Origin: Pelomyxa schiedti
Lineage: Eukaryota; Protista; Evosea
Length of the DNA stretch: 64,000 bases
Direction: 5' to 3'
NCBI GenBank assembly: GCA_020536535.1
Contig: JAHLWZ010000625.1
Span: 20,201-84,200, forward strand
A model generated the notes under the pieces. It saw only the letters and a program-made list of their open reading frames with translations, ran no database searches and was not told where the DNA came from. The translations under genes and the position numbers were made by a program. Position 1 is the stretch's first letter. Every line of letters begins with the position of its first letter. Shown here piece by piece: positions 48,124-62,066 of the stretch.

Positions 48124-48887
48124 AAGCACCTTTTATTTTTATGTGAGAAACATCTTTACATACAGTGGTTTGCAAAAGTCGTGAAAAATTATTTTCTAAA
48201 ACATTGTACTGGGCAGAGGAAGGGTGGTGTTGGCCGAGTCGCAGGCAACTCGTGTGTTGGAGCCCAAACAAGGAAGCCCCCTCCCTAACAACTTTCGTGG
48301 CATTTCTTTACTCATCAGAGAACCCGCGATTTTTAATTACGCATCGGGTTGCGGGCGTAACGACGATGGTGTAGAGTGACAACAGTTACGATGCACTGCA
48401 CCGTGGCCCGGTAACTGTGTCACTGGTGATCTCACAGAAAAACGTACACGAGCGGTGCACGATGCACAGCCTCGCTTTTGGCCAAATGTAGGCAACAAGC
48501 CCCCATGAAGACACCCCAACACCCGCGTCACAGACTGCCACACCAACACACGTAACTGCACCTGTTAACACACGAGTTGCCTGCGACTTTTGCAAACCAC
48601 TGGAACCGTAAAAAAAAACCTGCTGGCTATTTTGTTTAATTTGTATACGGGTATCTGTTGGACATGGCGAGCCAGGTAATGGAGATAACATTGGAATGAG
48701 GACTCACCAATAAAATCACTTCGGAGTGAAGGATCTTTCATTTTGTAATTTATAAGAGTGGGGCTGACCACACGAGGCGGCAGTGCAGTGCCTGGGCAAT
48801 CAGGAGAGCACCCAACTTGGCAACGGAGCAAGCCCCACCACCAAGCAGACACCCCCAACAACCCCACAAAAAATAAGTTTAATATCG

Positions 48888-49830
48888 ATGCTACCCAATG
48901 GGCAGCTTTCAGATATTAAGCTGAAAAGAACAGATACTACACTTGATCTTAGCCAAAAGGCCGAGAAGGTATGAAGAACAATTTCTCCTTTCCCTCGGAA
49001 GAGCCCCACCTCTCCTCTCACAACAATTATGGGCCGGAGCTGAAACTTTTCCAAGAACTCCATCTATTCACCCTTCTCTACAGAAAAGACCCTCGGCGTG
49101 CTGGGGTTCCGCTCGCCGTTGTCATCTCACGTGCCGTATGGGAATACGTGTTGTCATGGTTGATGCAGTCTACAACCGCCGTTTGGACCGACGAAGACGA
49201 GGCCACGGAACCCAGCAATGTGTTTTCCACATTGTCCCACCGAGTGGGAAAAACCTGTGCAAGTGGAAATTTGCAGGTATGTTAGGGAGCACATATGAAG
49301 GCAGGAGGTGAGTTCAGCCTGGTAATAACAGGAAGTTTGGCACTTGTTGAAGTGTGCAAAGCACTGAACGGATATGAAGACAACGTGGAGGGTGTCAAAT
49401 GGCTTCTAAACCATGCCGAAATGAAAGGTGTGGAAGAGAGTCTGGTTGAGAACCTGGTCAAAAAGAAAAACATCTCGACTGTGCCCCTGCTCCTCATTGA
49501 GAAGTTCCCAATCCCCGAATGAAGCTCCCAAAATTCTTGGTGTCTTGACAAGGTGAAGTATTTCGCAAGCCAAGATGATTACTTCCTTGTGCTCTATTTC
49601 CTAAGAGTTTTCTCCCTGGACATTGAGTTTCACTTGTTTCTATGGCCAAATTTCCGGACATCACACCGACTTTCGTCAAAGAGAAGCTCATGTACCTTGC
49701 ATGGTCTCTGGCCATTGCTCAGTACACAACGAGGTACTTCCCAGAGCTAACAACAGAGGATATTCTGGTTTATTGTTCAGCCCACGCCTCCTTCGAGTTC
49801 CCTGTTGGACGAGAACACTATCACGATTCT
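48888..49830 (+). pseudogene. Decayed copy of the ankyrin-like family gene (related to 7988-10137)
   Basis: Retains VVISRAVWEY, EGVKWLL and FPDITPTFVKEK...AQYTTRYFPELTTEDI segments. Has an in-frame TGA at 49520-49522, a frame change near 49640 and large internal deletions. Confidence 0.6.
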
Positions 49831-49880
49831 GCCAGAATCGGGGAAGGAAAAAAGCCCCAAAAACGAAACCAACAAAAATT

Positions 49881-49951
49881 GGGCTCTGCCCGGAATCGAA
49901 CCGGGGTCACTTGTACCCGAAACAAGTATTCTGCCACTAAACAACAGAGCC
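49881..49951 (-). tRNA. tRNA-Pro (anticodon CGG)
   Basis: Minus strand: acceptor GGCTCTG/CAGAGCC, anticodon arm CTTGT-TTCGGGT-ACAAG, T-loop GGTTCGATTCC, discriminator C, oligo-T just downstream. Confidence 0.93.
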
Positions 49952-50053
49952 TTCTCAGACACAGAGAACGGACAGCGAAACAACCAAGCAAGCAGAAAAT
50001 CTTTTTTGTGAGGCGGCTTCCTGTTTACTTTCCGGTCGTGGGTCTTTGTGCAT

Positions 50054-50125
50054 GGCTCCGTAGTATAATGGTTAGTATGGGAGATTTTGGCTCTCTTGAT
50101 CTCAGTTCGATTCTGAGCGGGGCCA
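50054..50125 (+). tRNA. tRNA-Gln (anticodon TTG)
   Basis: Acceptor GGCTCCG/CGGGGCC, D-loop AATGGTTA, anticodon arm GGAGA-TTTTGGC-TCTCT, T arm CTCAG-TTCGATT-CTGAG, followed by TTTTT. Confidence 0.92.
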
Positions 50126-50200
50126 CAGTTCCTTTTTCTAGTACCCCTTTCGTTTGGATTCTTTGTTAATGATTCCGGGTCTCAGTTTTTGCAATCATCA

Positions 50201-52035
50201 ATGTCCAACACAGAGGGTTGCGGGGACGAACCGGAAGCCAAGACGGAGGCGCACCCACAATCGACCTGCACTACGACTCTCTCTGGTACGGGTACCACGG
50301 CCATCCCCGAGTCGCCTGGCACACCAACTACCCCAGGAGCGTCGCAGCCCCCAGCAACAACGACCACTACGACATGCACAACTTCCACGGCAGCCACAGA
50401 ACCCGGCGACGCGGCCACAACGCCGGCGAGTGGGAATTGTGGGTCGTCGAGCGCGGCTGCGGGCGCTGCCGATGGTGGGGGCATGCCAACCGTGTGTATT
50501 GTGATCGGAATGGCTGGAAGTGGTAAATCCACCCTCGTGCAGGTTCCTTTTTGTGATTTTATTTTATTTTATTTTTATTTTATTATTATTTTATTTTATT
50601 TTATTATTATTTTTTTCACTCAAAACACTAAACAGAGATTGGCATCACACCTTAGTAGTGAGGGGAAAAGACCGTATTGTATTAACCTTGACCCTGCTGT
50701 GACTTCTACACCTTTCCAGCTCAACATTGACATCAGAGACACTGTGAGATACAAGGAAGTGATGAGCCAGTGTGTTTGCCCCTTTCCTGCAAATTACTCC
50801 ATCTACGTTTCTGACAGAGGAATAAAACACAAAGATACTCCCTTGGCCCAAACGGTGCTATAATGACGTCGCTGAATTTATTTGCCACACGGTTTGACCA
50901 AGTAGTAAATTTCATTGAGAAAAGAGCACACGAACGAAAGTTTAATCTCCTTTCTCATTCTTTGTTCTCAAGTCATAAGATATGTGATTGTAGATACTCC
51001 AGGGCAGATAGAAGTTAGTCCCAGCACTCTAAATAGTAGTATATTGACGTGTGTAGGCTTTCACATGGAGTGCAAGTGGCACCATCATAACAGAATCCCT
51101 TGGATCAACTTTCCCAACTGTCATAGTTTATGTAGTTGATGTACCAAGGTGAAGTGGCACGGTGAGAAGCATTCGCAACTGTACTGACAATATGCAGATC
51201 AGTGGCCAACCCCTCAACTTTTATGGCCAATATGTTGTATGCTTGCAGTGTGATGTACAAGACGAGACTTCCACTAGTGCTGGCCCTCACAAAAACAGAT
51301 GTGGTATGCTTCTGTTCCACCCAGAAAACCTGTGTAAAATGGATAAGATGAGTGAAGCACTTGTTGTTGAGTGGATGAAAGACTTTGATGTCTTCCATCA
51401 AGCACTGAAGAGTGATACCAGCTACGCAAATGATTTGATGTGGTCAATGACCTTGGTACTTGACGAGTTCTACAATTCCTTGAGTGTGTGTACTTCCACT
51501 TTTTACCCTCTTGCAACTTACGAGACTTTCTAGTATGCCGCAGTATCATCAATCACAGGATCCGGTATGCCTGAATTCTTTGCGGCCGTGGACAAAGCCG
51601 TAATTGAATACAATACGTATGGTGCAGTAGTTTCCACATCCACATTTAAACATCACTTAGTACATATCTCCCCGAGATGAGAAAGCTTCAAGAAAAGAGG
51701 GTGTGTTCTGTTTCGAAGACGAAATCAAAGCCTCTCACATAAGTCTTTACAAAAGATGACTGAGAAGGCAAGACAGGAAGAGGCACAGCTGAGGAAACTC
51801 AAAGCTGACCTTGCCAAGAATAAAGCGAAATCCACAACGGCAGCTTCAACTTCACGCGCACACAGGCCAAGTGATGATGGGGAAGCTGAAGGAGAAGACT
51901 CCAGTGACCCAGAGACCGACAACGTTGATGAACGAGAAGAAGAAGGTAACCAAAATTATAATCCTTTTCACTTTCCATTCACTCACAAAAAAAGATGATG
52001 AACCAACAGAGAGTGCGTGGGATCACAATGACTGA
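50201..52035 (+). CDS. GPN1: GPN-loop GTPase 1
   Basis: [80 protein letters not shown]. Confidence 0.95.
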
Positions 52036-52188
52036 AAATATAAGATAAAGTAAAAAGTAATATGGTTTTTTTTTTTCTTGGTTTAGATACAACGCAGGAG
52101 TGGTGTTTGTTAAAATCAAAATCGTTGTCAAAACTGTGGTCCGCAAGCTTTGGAAAGAACAGTTCCATGAGCACCTCACCAAAATCGT

Positions 52189-53339
52189 TCAATGGTTGAA
52201 GGTGTCCTCCCATCGACGGAATACGGAAGTCAAACATTGAGAGGCAAGGTTATCTGTGGGGTTTGTTAATTTAAAAATGCAACATTCAGGTGATACTTAC
52301 ATTGACTTTTATTTTGCACCCAAGACCACGGCTTTGGGAGGAACGCCTTTCCGGCAGTATAGTGCGCAATGGATATGTCTACCCATTGTGGGCAATCACA
52401 TTGACTCACTTAGAAATGGTTCAAGAAAGGTTCTGTTGGAAATAGGATATACCATAGCCACCATACTTTGGATATGGAAGAGCAATCCAATCGGGAAAAG
52501 CGTATTGCAAAACTTCTTGGTCATTTGCAAAGTTTAGTACACCTTTGGATGATTCAGATAAACTGTTGGGAGGAAAAGAAATCACCATCTGATAGAAGTC
52601 CTGCCACAAAGTCAAAGGCTGTTCGAATTTGATTATGTTTTGATTTGCCAGGTTTGAATATCATAACTCCACTGTTCAGAGATGTTGCCTTTTGCTCGCA
52701 AGAACCTTTCTGTTGGTAAGATGGAAAGACTGGAGGTAGGAACCACCAGTATTTGGTTCAATTGCTGCAATGACTGTGTTTTTCGTATTTAAGTTAAAGA
52801 GTCCGTCAATGTTTGCGGTTACAAGTGTATCACTATCTAACCACACCTATCAAGGTGTTAACTTACTAAGAAAGAAATTTAGATGTACAATGCAATCAAG
52901 ATCCAAATCAAACGCATAGAACTTGGTGAAAGCATTTACCCACCTTTTCATCATCACCGGGAAGGAGTTGGGAACAGGAAAAAGGGCTGTCTGAATATGC
53001 GTTGATATCCCATTAAGTGATAAAGGCACCGCATAACAAAGTCATACCTCTTGGATGAGGCAACCTGCATTCTTCATCAATTCCCGTGAAATCACTGACA
53101 CATTACTTGAGACAAGAACAATTAATGGGTACCTAAGGGTAAAATCCAGCCGTTATATCACATTAAAGAGCCTTGTGTGTTGCACCTGGTATTAGTCATC
53201 TGTAAAGACTTTGCTAGGCTCAAAACACCCTTGTTTTTGTTTAGTTTTGTTTGTGTTGTTAAAAAAAGAAATAGGTTACCATGGCATACTGATCATTATC
53301 AGTGAGAGTAACATATGCAAACCGCTGATGATTTCCCAT
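52189..53339 (-). CDS. Glycosyltransferase family 8 (glycogenin-like fold); may have a further upstream exon with a TM segment near 53480-53600
   Basis: FAYVTL...YAMGVLSLAKSL, AFTKF, VWLDSDTLV..NIDGLF, PNTGG, NDQEVLQ, HILHY..GVPPKPW. Confidence 0.8.
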
Positions 53340-53401
53340 CGCCTCTGTGCCTATCAAATGCAAGTAAGTGAAACACGTCATCACTGAAGTGCTTCCAGTA
53401 A

Positions 53402-53456
53402 ACACGCACACGCACACGCACACGCACACGCACACGCACGCGCACGCGCACACGCA
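53402..53456. repeat. (CACACG)n microsatellite
   Basis: About 9 tandem hexamer units, directly visible. Confidence 0.95.
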
Positions 53457-53810
53457 AAACCAAACCAGGGAAGCCCTTCAGACCTGTGGCAGGTGGTACA
53501 TTGACAGGGGTAATGAGGGGCTGGTAGTGCACAAGAAGCACGAACGTGATCACCTGCGCACCAACAACAGTCGCGCACAACGATCGGAACCCACACCTAC
53601 ACCCCGTGGCTGTAGATCAATACAGATTTTAGAGGCGATCGCGAGAAGGAAATCTGTTGTCTGTTGAGGACTTCTGGCTCCACTGTTTGGGCGCTCCAAA
53701 CAATTTGGTGGAAGGAGCCCCCTTGGGTCCCCACCCATCGTGCATCATTGCGGGGGCTCTTTCTTCGACTCCTCAGAGCTTGTGGGACTGAGATCTGATC
53801 ACACTCGAGG

Positions 53811-53936
53811 ATGATGAGCGACGATGGCAGTGTGCGGTCGGGCAGCTTGGTGGCGAGTGCGCTGTGTCGCGCAGCGAACGCTGGTGACTCCGCGAAGTTA
53901 ATCGCGAACATGAGGTTACCAAACACCGACGGTTTG

Positions 53937-53977
<41 letters not shown>

Positions 53978-56539
53978 ACCTGATGTTTTTTGTGTTTTTA
54001 TTAAACATATAGTTAACGCTACGACGGAGAGGGGAACGACTGCCCTGCACGTTGCGAGTAGGTCCGGGAGCGTTGAATGTGTCACGGCGTTGATGGATGC
54101 TGGGGCTCGTGTTGACGTTACTGACGCGGAAAACTGGACTCCTCTGCACTACGCTTGCCTATAGTGTGTTTCCTGGACTACTTTTTTTATATGGACTAAC
54201 TGCAACGTCTTATTCCTCTCTCTCTTTTTTTTTTTTTTACTCTGACCAATTTTTTCTGGTTATAGTGGGCATGAAGCTGTTTGTGAATTATTGCTCAAGG
54301 GCGGTGCTAGTATTGTTGGTTGAGACATAACTTCATTCACTTTTAACTGATAACTGGAGAAACTAGCAAGAACCTCACAAGGGGCTACACCACTACACCA
54401 TGCCTGTCATAATGCACACAAACGCATTGCTTCTTTACTAATTCAACGTGGAGCTGATATATCCCAACATAACCAGGTGGGATCGCCGTTGCACCACTTT
54501 GCCATCAATGGTTTGTGTGGAATTGAGTTGCACTTATAACACTCTACAGACACAGTGGAACTCCCTGTAAAGAATCCTGATCCCGTTGGTGTAGCTCTAT
54601 GGAAGAAAATGCCTTTCACAGATGTAGTTTTCAAAATTTCTGGTACTGAAATACCAGCTCACAAATGTATTATGTGCAAGTGTGTTGTTCACTTTATCTG
54701 GAAACATGTATTGACATCTCTAACAGAAGCCAGTTCTTCGTTGACTTATTTAGTCACAACCCAACCCAAACCGTGTTTGATTTGAACAACATGAAATCGT
54801 ATTGTTACATATTTTCCCCTTGGAGACTGATTTAGTGCAGGGAGGTTGTATTCCGTTACATATTAGAATGGGTCTATACTGGAGCACTCCAAATCTTCAG
54901 CCCAGTAAATTCTATGGAAATGTCTGACACAGATCTCGTGCTAGCCCTAATAACTGCCTCCAATTTATTGAATCTGGAAGATTTAAAGGTAAGATAGCTC
55001 TACTCTTTTTACCTAACAGTGTTTGTACCTTTAAGATTGCCTGCACGATCTTTCTGTGGTCTAAAATGAGCGCATCTTTATGTAAAAAGGCTTTTCCAGT
55101 TGTTTTGGAAAGTCCATCCAGTTTCCCACTGCTCTTGACCTGTTTGGCAACATTCTCCTTGAGGTAAAGGCTACACAAAACATAATAAATAGACAGTGCA
55201 TCACAAAACATTGGCAAAATGAACTTATTAAAGGAACCCAAAAGAACTTGGGGCCAAGCTCCTCTTTCCCATTCAAGCACAAATTATTGCTGAGTTACTT
55301 CTCCCATCCCTCCCAGTTAATACTTCACGTCCACGAAATTCTCCTTCCGTAGCTGTTCAGAGCGCGACACAGAAAGCAGCAGCACTACATTCACATTTGC
55401 TTTCCACACAAACTCCACCAACGGCACCAACACCTTCCAGTTCACCAAAGCCAGCAAGTACATCTTCATCAACACAACAATCAACATCTACAAGTATTAC
55501 TACCAGCAAAACAACACTCGCAACGCAGCCGCCAGCGGCATCAAAATCACCGGCTCCGTCGAAATCGGCAGCTCCATCGAAACCAGTAGCTCCCTCCAAG
55601 CCAGCAACTCCACCAAAAAATACCAAAAAAGCTACTACCCCTGTAAAGCAAGCAACACCTTCAGGACCACCTCCAGGTTTTCTACATGATCAAAGTACTC
55701 TCACTATCACCATCCCACCGAATCTCAGACCCAAACTGGAAGGTGCTAATTTCAAGCACTGTAAGTGTCTCTTCAATGCCATCAAAAAGAATAGATACGC
55801 CGTTGTCTTTTTGGAGCCAGTGGATCCTATTAAGGATAACGCCAAGGACTACTTTGATAAAATCAAAACGCCAATGGACTTGGGCACTGTCAAGGTGTGC
55901 CTTTGCGTTACATCATAACTAATTGAAAACTGATTCATATGCATTTCAGAAAAGGCTGTTCGAACTTGACGTGTATCATCACCAGTCAGAATTTCTGTCC
56001 GATGTCCAGCTCATATGGAGCAACGCCATGACCTACAACGAAGAAGAGTCTGACATCTACGGCTATGCAACCGCTTTACAAGAATCCTGGATAAAGAAAG
56101 TTGATGCCACTGTCTGGGAATTCCTTCCGGGCTTGCATCCCAAATTCCTGTAAGCTTACTACCCACTCAAAACCTAAGCCCAATGCCCACCTACTAATTA
56201 CCAAAAAAAACCAAACTCAGGGAAGCAACCGGCGCACCACCCCCGATTACAGACGAGTACAAAAGAACCATTTTTGACGATCTGCTGAAGATGACACCCA
56301 CACAAGTTTCGCGCATTCTGGAAATTTTCGGCCACAGTTACAAGGTATACTTCTCACTGGCATGCGCATTGAAACAACAACAAAAAAAACCTTATGTGTT
56401 GTACACCTAGGACCCCAACCCCATCCGGATTTGTCTGAATGAAGTACCAGAGGCCAAGTTGAGAGACTTGAAGAACTACACACAGGCTTGTCTGGAAGAG
56501 AAAATTGCCGGAAGAAAGAGACAAAACAAGCGCACTTGA
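53811..56539 (+). CDS. Ankyrin repeat - BTB - bromodomain - ET-like domain protein
   Basis: ANK GTTALHVAS..G, WTPLHYAC..GH, GATPLHHAC; BTB FTDVVFKISGTEIPAHKCIM; bromodomain FLEPVDP...DYFDKIKTPMDLGTV...LIWSNAMTYN; ET-like C-terminus IRICLNEVPEAKLRDLKNY. Confidence 0.85.
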
Positions 56540-56607
56540 TTTTTGTTGTTCTCTTTTTCTTTTTTTACTTTGTGTCCTTTGAAGCCGTTGAATAATGGCT
56601 ACAGTTC

Positions 56608-59242
56608 TTAAGAAATGAGCCATGTCTTGAGGGCACAATCCTGTCCCACAGTGGCAATCAAATTGGGGGCCACCCAGGCACAAACATTGACTCCATTGAA
56701 GTGTGCAGCTGTATAATGGAAAAGTTAGAAAGAAAGAGGAACAATAGTGAGCATAAGATAACATACTCTTGACAAACAAGCGGGTTGTGGGGTTGGCAAT
56801 GCTCCAGACATAGAGTGAACTGTCAAGGCCACCGCTGGCAAGGAACATGGAATCAGCGCTCCAGGCAACGTGGTTCACACGGGCAGTGTGGAATACCCAC
56901 CCCTCAATCCTGACCTGCAGGTGGGTGTAAGTGTTCAGAGTTGGAATTCTTTTCTATCTTTGATGTAATAGGAGTGGGGATGTACAGCGTTGGTTGCGGC
57001 ATCCCAGATGATGATGTTCCTGCTTGTGTCTGCTGTGGCAAGGAGCTGGCCATTTGGTGAGTAGGCAATGGACTGCACTGCTCCTCTGATATTTTCAGCT
57101 CCAATAACCTTATGATGATTGGATGAGATTAGGTTCGGCGAGAGTAAAGGAGCGGCAAGCATACCCCTTTCTCTACAAGACTGTCTCCGGCAAGAGTGAA
57201 GATGTGCACTTTCCTGTCATCTCGGCCACCTACCGCGATATCTCCAGAAACAGAATTGACAGTGACACACCCTGGACCCCAAGCAACTGGCATATTTGAC
57301 ACAACAACACCACCGCGAATAACGGCAATGGACTTAACAGTTGCAACAATAGTTTCAGCAGCACCGGCCAAGGCAATACCAGTGCAAGGAGCTTCCACTC
57401 CAATTGCTTCACTGTTATTATGTTAGTCCTGTAAAGGGAACTACAAAGATGGTTACCCATATCGTCTGGTGTCGAGGGGTGTGAATCTCACGCTGTCATC
57501 CATGGCACAAGTGACCAGGAGGGGGTTGGGGTGTCGTGTGTCAACAAGAATCTGGGCAATTTGGTTGGTGTGACCTTTGCCCTCCATGGCGACGTTCTCA
57601 CCGGTGGCTCCTCTCCACATTACTACCTACAGTGAGATTGAAGAACTAATCCAGTACTGCATACAAATTCGGCCATCATAGCTGCCGGTGAAGAAGTTAC
57701 CCTCATGCTGGCACATTGCAGTGATGAATTTGTTGTGTCCCTGTAATAGGTCAGAAATGAATAGAATACTTTTACATTACCCTAATCACAGCGACAGGAG
57801 CGTCAGCACTTGGGTCAAGAAGGTTGATGTCTCCCTCAAGGTTAACAGAGACAATGTGTTTACCCTAGGTTGTTGTCAGATGGGAAGGTGTGTCACTGTC
57901 ATACCAGCCACAAGCAACCAAGTTGTTGGGCCTCGATTTCAGTTCCACAAGTAAGGACCTTGACCGGGCGGCCTGATGCAGCATCCCAGAAAATGACAGT
58001 TTTATCTGCTGAAGCCTGGCACAGACCGTGAAAGAGGAGAAAAAAAGAGCGAAACTTACAGTCATGAATTGCGTGCCATCAGGGCTCCAAGCAGCAGCAT
58101 AAACTCCAAGTTTATGCACAGTCTCGGCTTCAGCCAGTTTATCTCCCGTCTTACCATCGAAGATAAATACCTAGACCGGTGTTAATCCTTCTTTGCTTAT
58201 TTGGTATTTTCACAACCTTCTTGTCGCTGGAAGCGGATATAAACTTGCTCCCATCGGGAGAAAACTTCAAAGCATTGACGAATCTTGTGTGTTCCTTAAA
58301 GGCTTTCTTGAACCTGAAAGGAGGACCATCAAAGAAGTTGACACCGGCATCTTCTCCACCGGTAACGATCTGTTGGGTGTGAATACTAAAAAGTGTTCCC
58401 AAAGCCGCACTTTAAAAGGGCGAGCTGGGCGATAATCGCAAGCCATAAGACACTTGCTGTGGCCAGTGATTTCGCCAACAGTGCTTCCTGCGTCCCACAT
58501 AAAGACATTTCCAAATCTTCAAACAGACAGTAAGGGAAAAGATTCGAAAGATGGAATGCACCAACCGCTCTTTGCCATCTCCAACAGCAAGAATGTGTTT
58601 GCTGTCAGGACTCCAAACTATATCGTTGATTGGTCCAGAGAGAGCCTTTGTTACAACGGTTGGGTGCGTTTAAATTGGGAGCCGCGGGAACCTTCAATTC
58701 GAGTTTGAGAGGATGTTCTCTCTGAGTAGTATCCCAAATGCGAATATTACCAGCCACATCTAGTATTGCACTTATTACGATCTAATTACTCCCACATTCA
58801 GCCAGTACCTCCTGAAGCAATATAGAAACCAGTTGGAGCGTATTTCGCGCAGGTTGTCTGGGCTGGATGCTCGAAATACATATCGGCACTCCTCAAGTCC
58901 TGTACATCCATGAAAAATGACGCCCGCGGAACCTCAAACAAAGCACAAAAGCAAGAAGAAGCAGAGGTAAATACCACAAGACTCCTAATGATAATAGCAG
59001 TTCCGGTAGCATACACAACAGTGGTCTGTGCCTTGGGCTCAGCGCCAAGGATTACAGGTGACCCTCTCTTGGTTGCAGGTGATGGAGCGAAGATGTGTTC
59101 TACACATAGCAAAATTAATCAATAAACAACAAAGCCAAAAGAATAGGTGGGGACAAAATGAGGGAGAAAGGGAATTGAACAAAACGCAAAACGCAAAACG
59201 CAAAACGAAACAAAGGAACGCACGAAGAGCGATGGTAGTCAT
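56608..59242 (-). CDS. WDR1: Actin-interacting protein 1 / WDR1
   Basis: IFAPSPATKRG, AKYAPTGFYIASG, WDAGSTVGEITGHSK, RPARPFKIVTGGED..VNFFDGPPFRFKK, HTRFVNALKFSPDG, FHTARVNHVAWS...LASGGLD. Confidence 0.93.
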
Positions 59243-60429
<1,187 letters not shown>

Positions 60430-60598
60430 AGAAATCCTTGAAAATTCACTTTGTTTTTGTTGCGGGGTTTTTTTTTAGATGAGACTTCCAACTTTGTTTT
60501 GTATCACCACTAAAGGTGGTTGGGTTCTTGATGAAGATAGAGCACTGGGAAGTCGAGTAAAACACAGTGAGATCACTTGGCCATTAGATCTATTAATA

Positions 60599-62001
60599 AT
60601 GGAGCGATACACGATAGGGCCCAAGATCGGTCACGGCACATTCGGTACTGTGTGGAAAGCCTGGCGTGCGACACCGTCGTCGCCAACCTCGCCCCCGTCG
60701 TCTCCTCCTTCGGGTTTGGCAGACGCGGTGCAGCACGATGATGGGAACGCGGTGGCCATCAAGTCTATCAATCCTAATTCATCAACACACGACGGCATCA
60801 CGTTCACTGCTTTGCGGGAAATAAAGGTACTTTTTGCTTAGATTTTTGTTTTTATTATTTCCTTGCCATTTTATACTTTTATATTTATGTAATTTGGCCT
60901 ATGCGTGCATGGAATTACTGTGACATGTTGCAACATTAAATGTATGAGCAAAAAGATACTTATGGAAGTGAGGCATCCAAATATCACTCCACTTCTGGAT
61001 GTGTTTGTAAAGGGAGGGACAGTGCACTTGGTATTTCAGTTCATGATGACGGATTTGGAGCACATCATCAAGGATAAAGAGATTGCTCTGAGTGTAGCTG
61101 ATATCAAGTGGGTCTTTTGGTCTATTTGCAGTGGTTTAACCCCCTTCAGGTCTTACATGTTGATGCTAATGAATGGTGTTAGTTACTGCCACAGTCAGTG
61201 GGTTCTGCATAGAGATTTGAAGGTTCTTAATACTGCACTCTTCAAAGGAATTCATGTAGTGTTAGCCGTCTAACTTGCTGATTGCCCCTGACGGAGTCTT
61301 AAAACTGTCTGACTTTGGTATGGCGCGAACATATGGCTCTCCAGGAAGAAAGTACACCTCTCAGGTCGTTACAAGATGGTATAGGCCACTGGAACTTCTA
61401 TGGGGCGCTGTACAGTACACTGGAGCAGTGGATGTTTGGTCTTGTGGGTACTTTTTCCTTCCTTCCGTTATTCCGAATATGAAACAATGTTTGATACCGA
61501 ATGCAGCTGCATCTTTGCGGAGCTCCTGACGCGACTTCCGCTATTTCCCGGCGAGTCGGATATAGACCAAGTGGAAAGAATCACAGGATTATTGGGAGCG
61601 CCGACCGAAAAAGTACTCCGGGTTAATTACTTATCACAATATTGATCTCTAAATAGTCTTGGCCCGGTTTCACACAACTCCCAGACTTCTTCAGTCCCAC
61701 AACACCCATACAACCAGTTCAGACCTTGGAGCAGGCCATCAACGCACCACCTGAAGCTATCGACTTGCTCAAGAGAATGCTTGTATGTGACCCAAACATG
61801 CGCTGGTCTGCAAGAAAGATACTTGCAGAGAGCCCATACTTCAAAACCACCCCATTACCAACCCCACCAAATCAACTGCAAAAACCCACTTCTGCTCTGG
61901 GCAGCAGTGAGAGACTGAGAAACATCACTGCAAAGTCAACTTCTACAAAAACAGGACGAATTGGTACATCTCTTTTGAGCCAATTTGATAATGCAGAGTA
62001 G
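60599..62001 (+). CDS. CDK7: Cyclin-dependent kinase 7 (CAK)-like
   Basis: [63 protein letters not shown]. Confidence 0.85.
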
Positions 62002-62066
62002 GAAAAAAAGGAACCACATAATGTGTGTTTCTCTGTTGTGATTCTTGTTTGTATTCTCTGAGTGCA

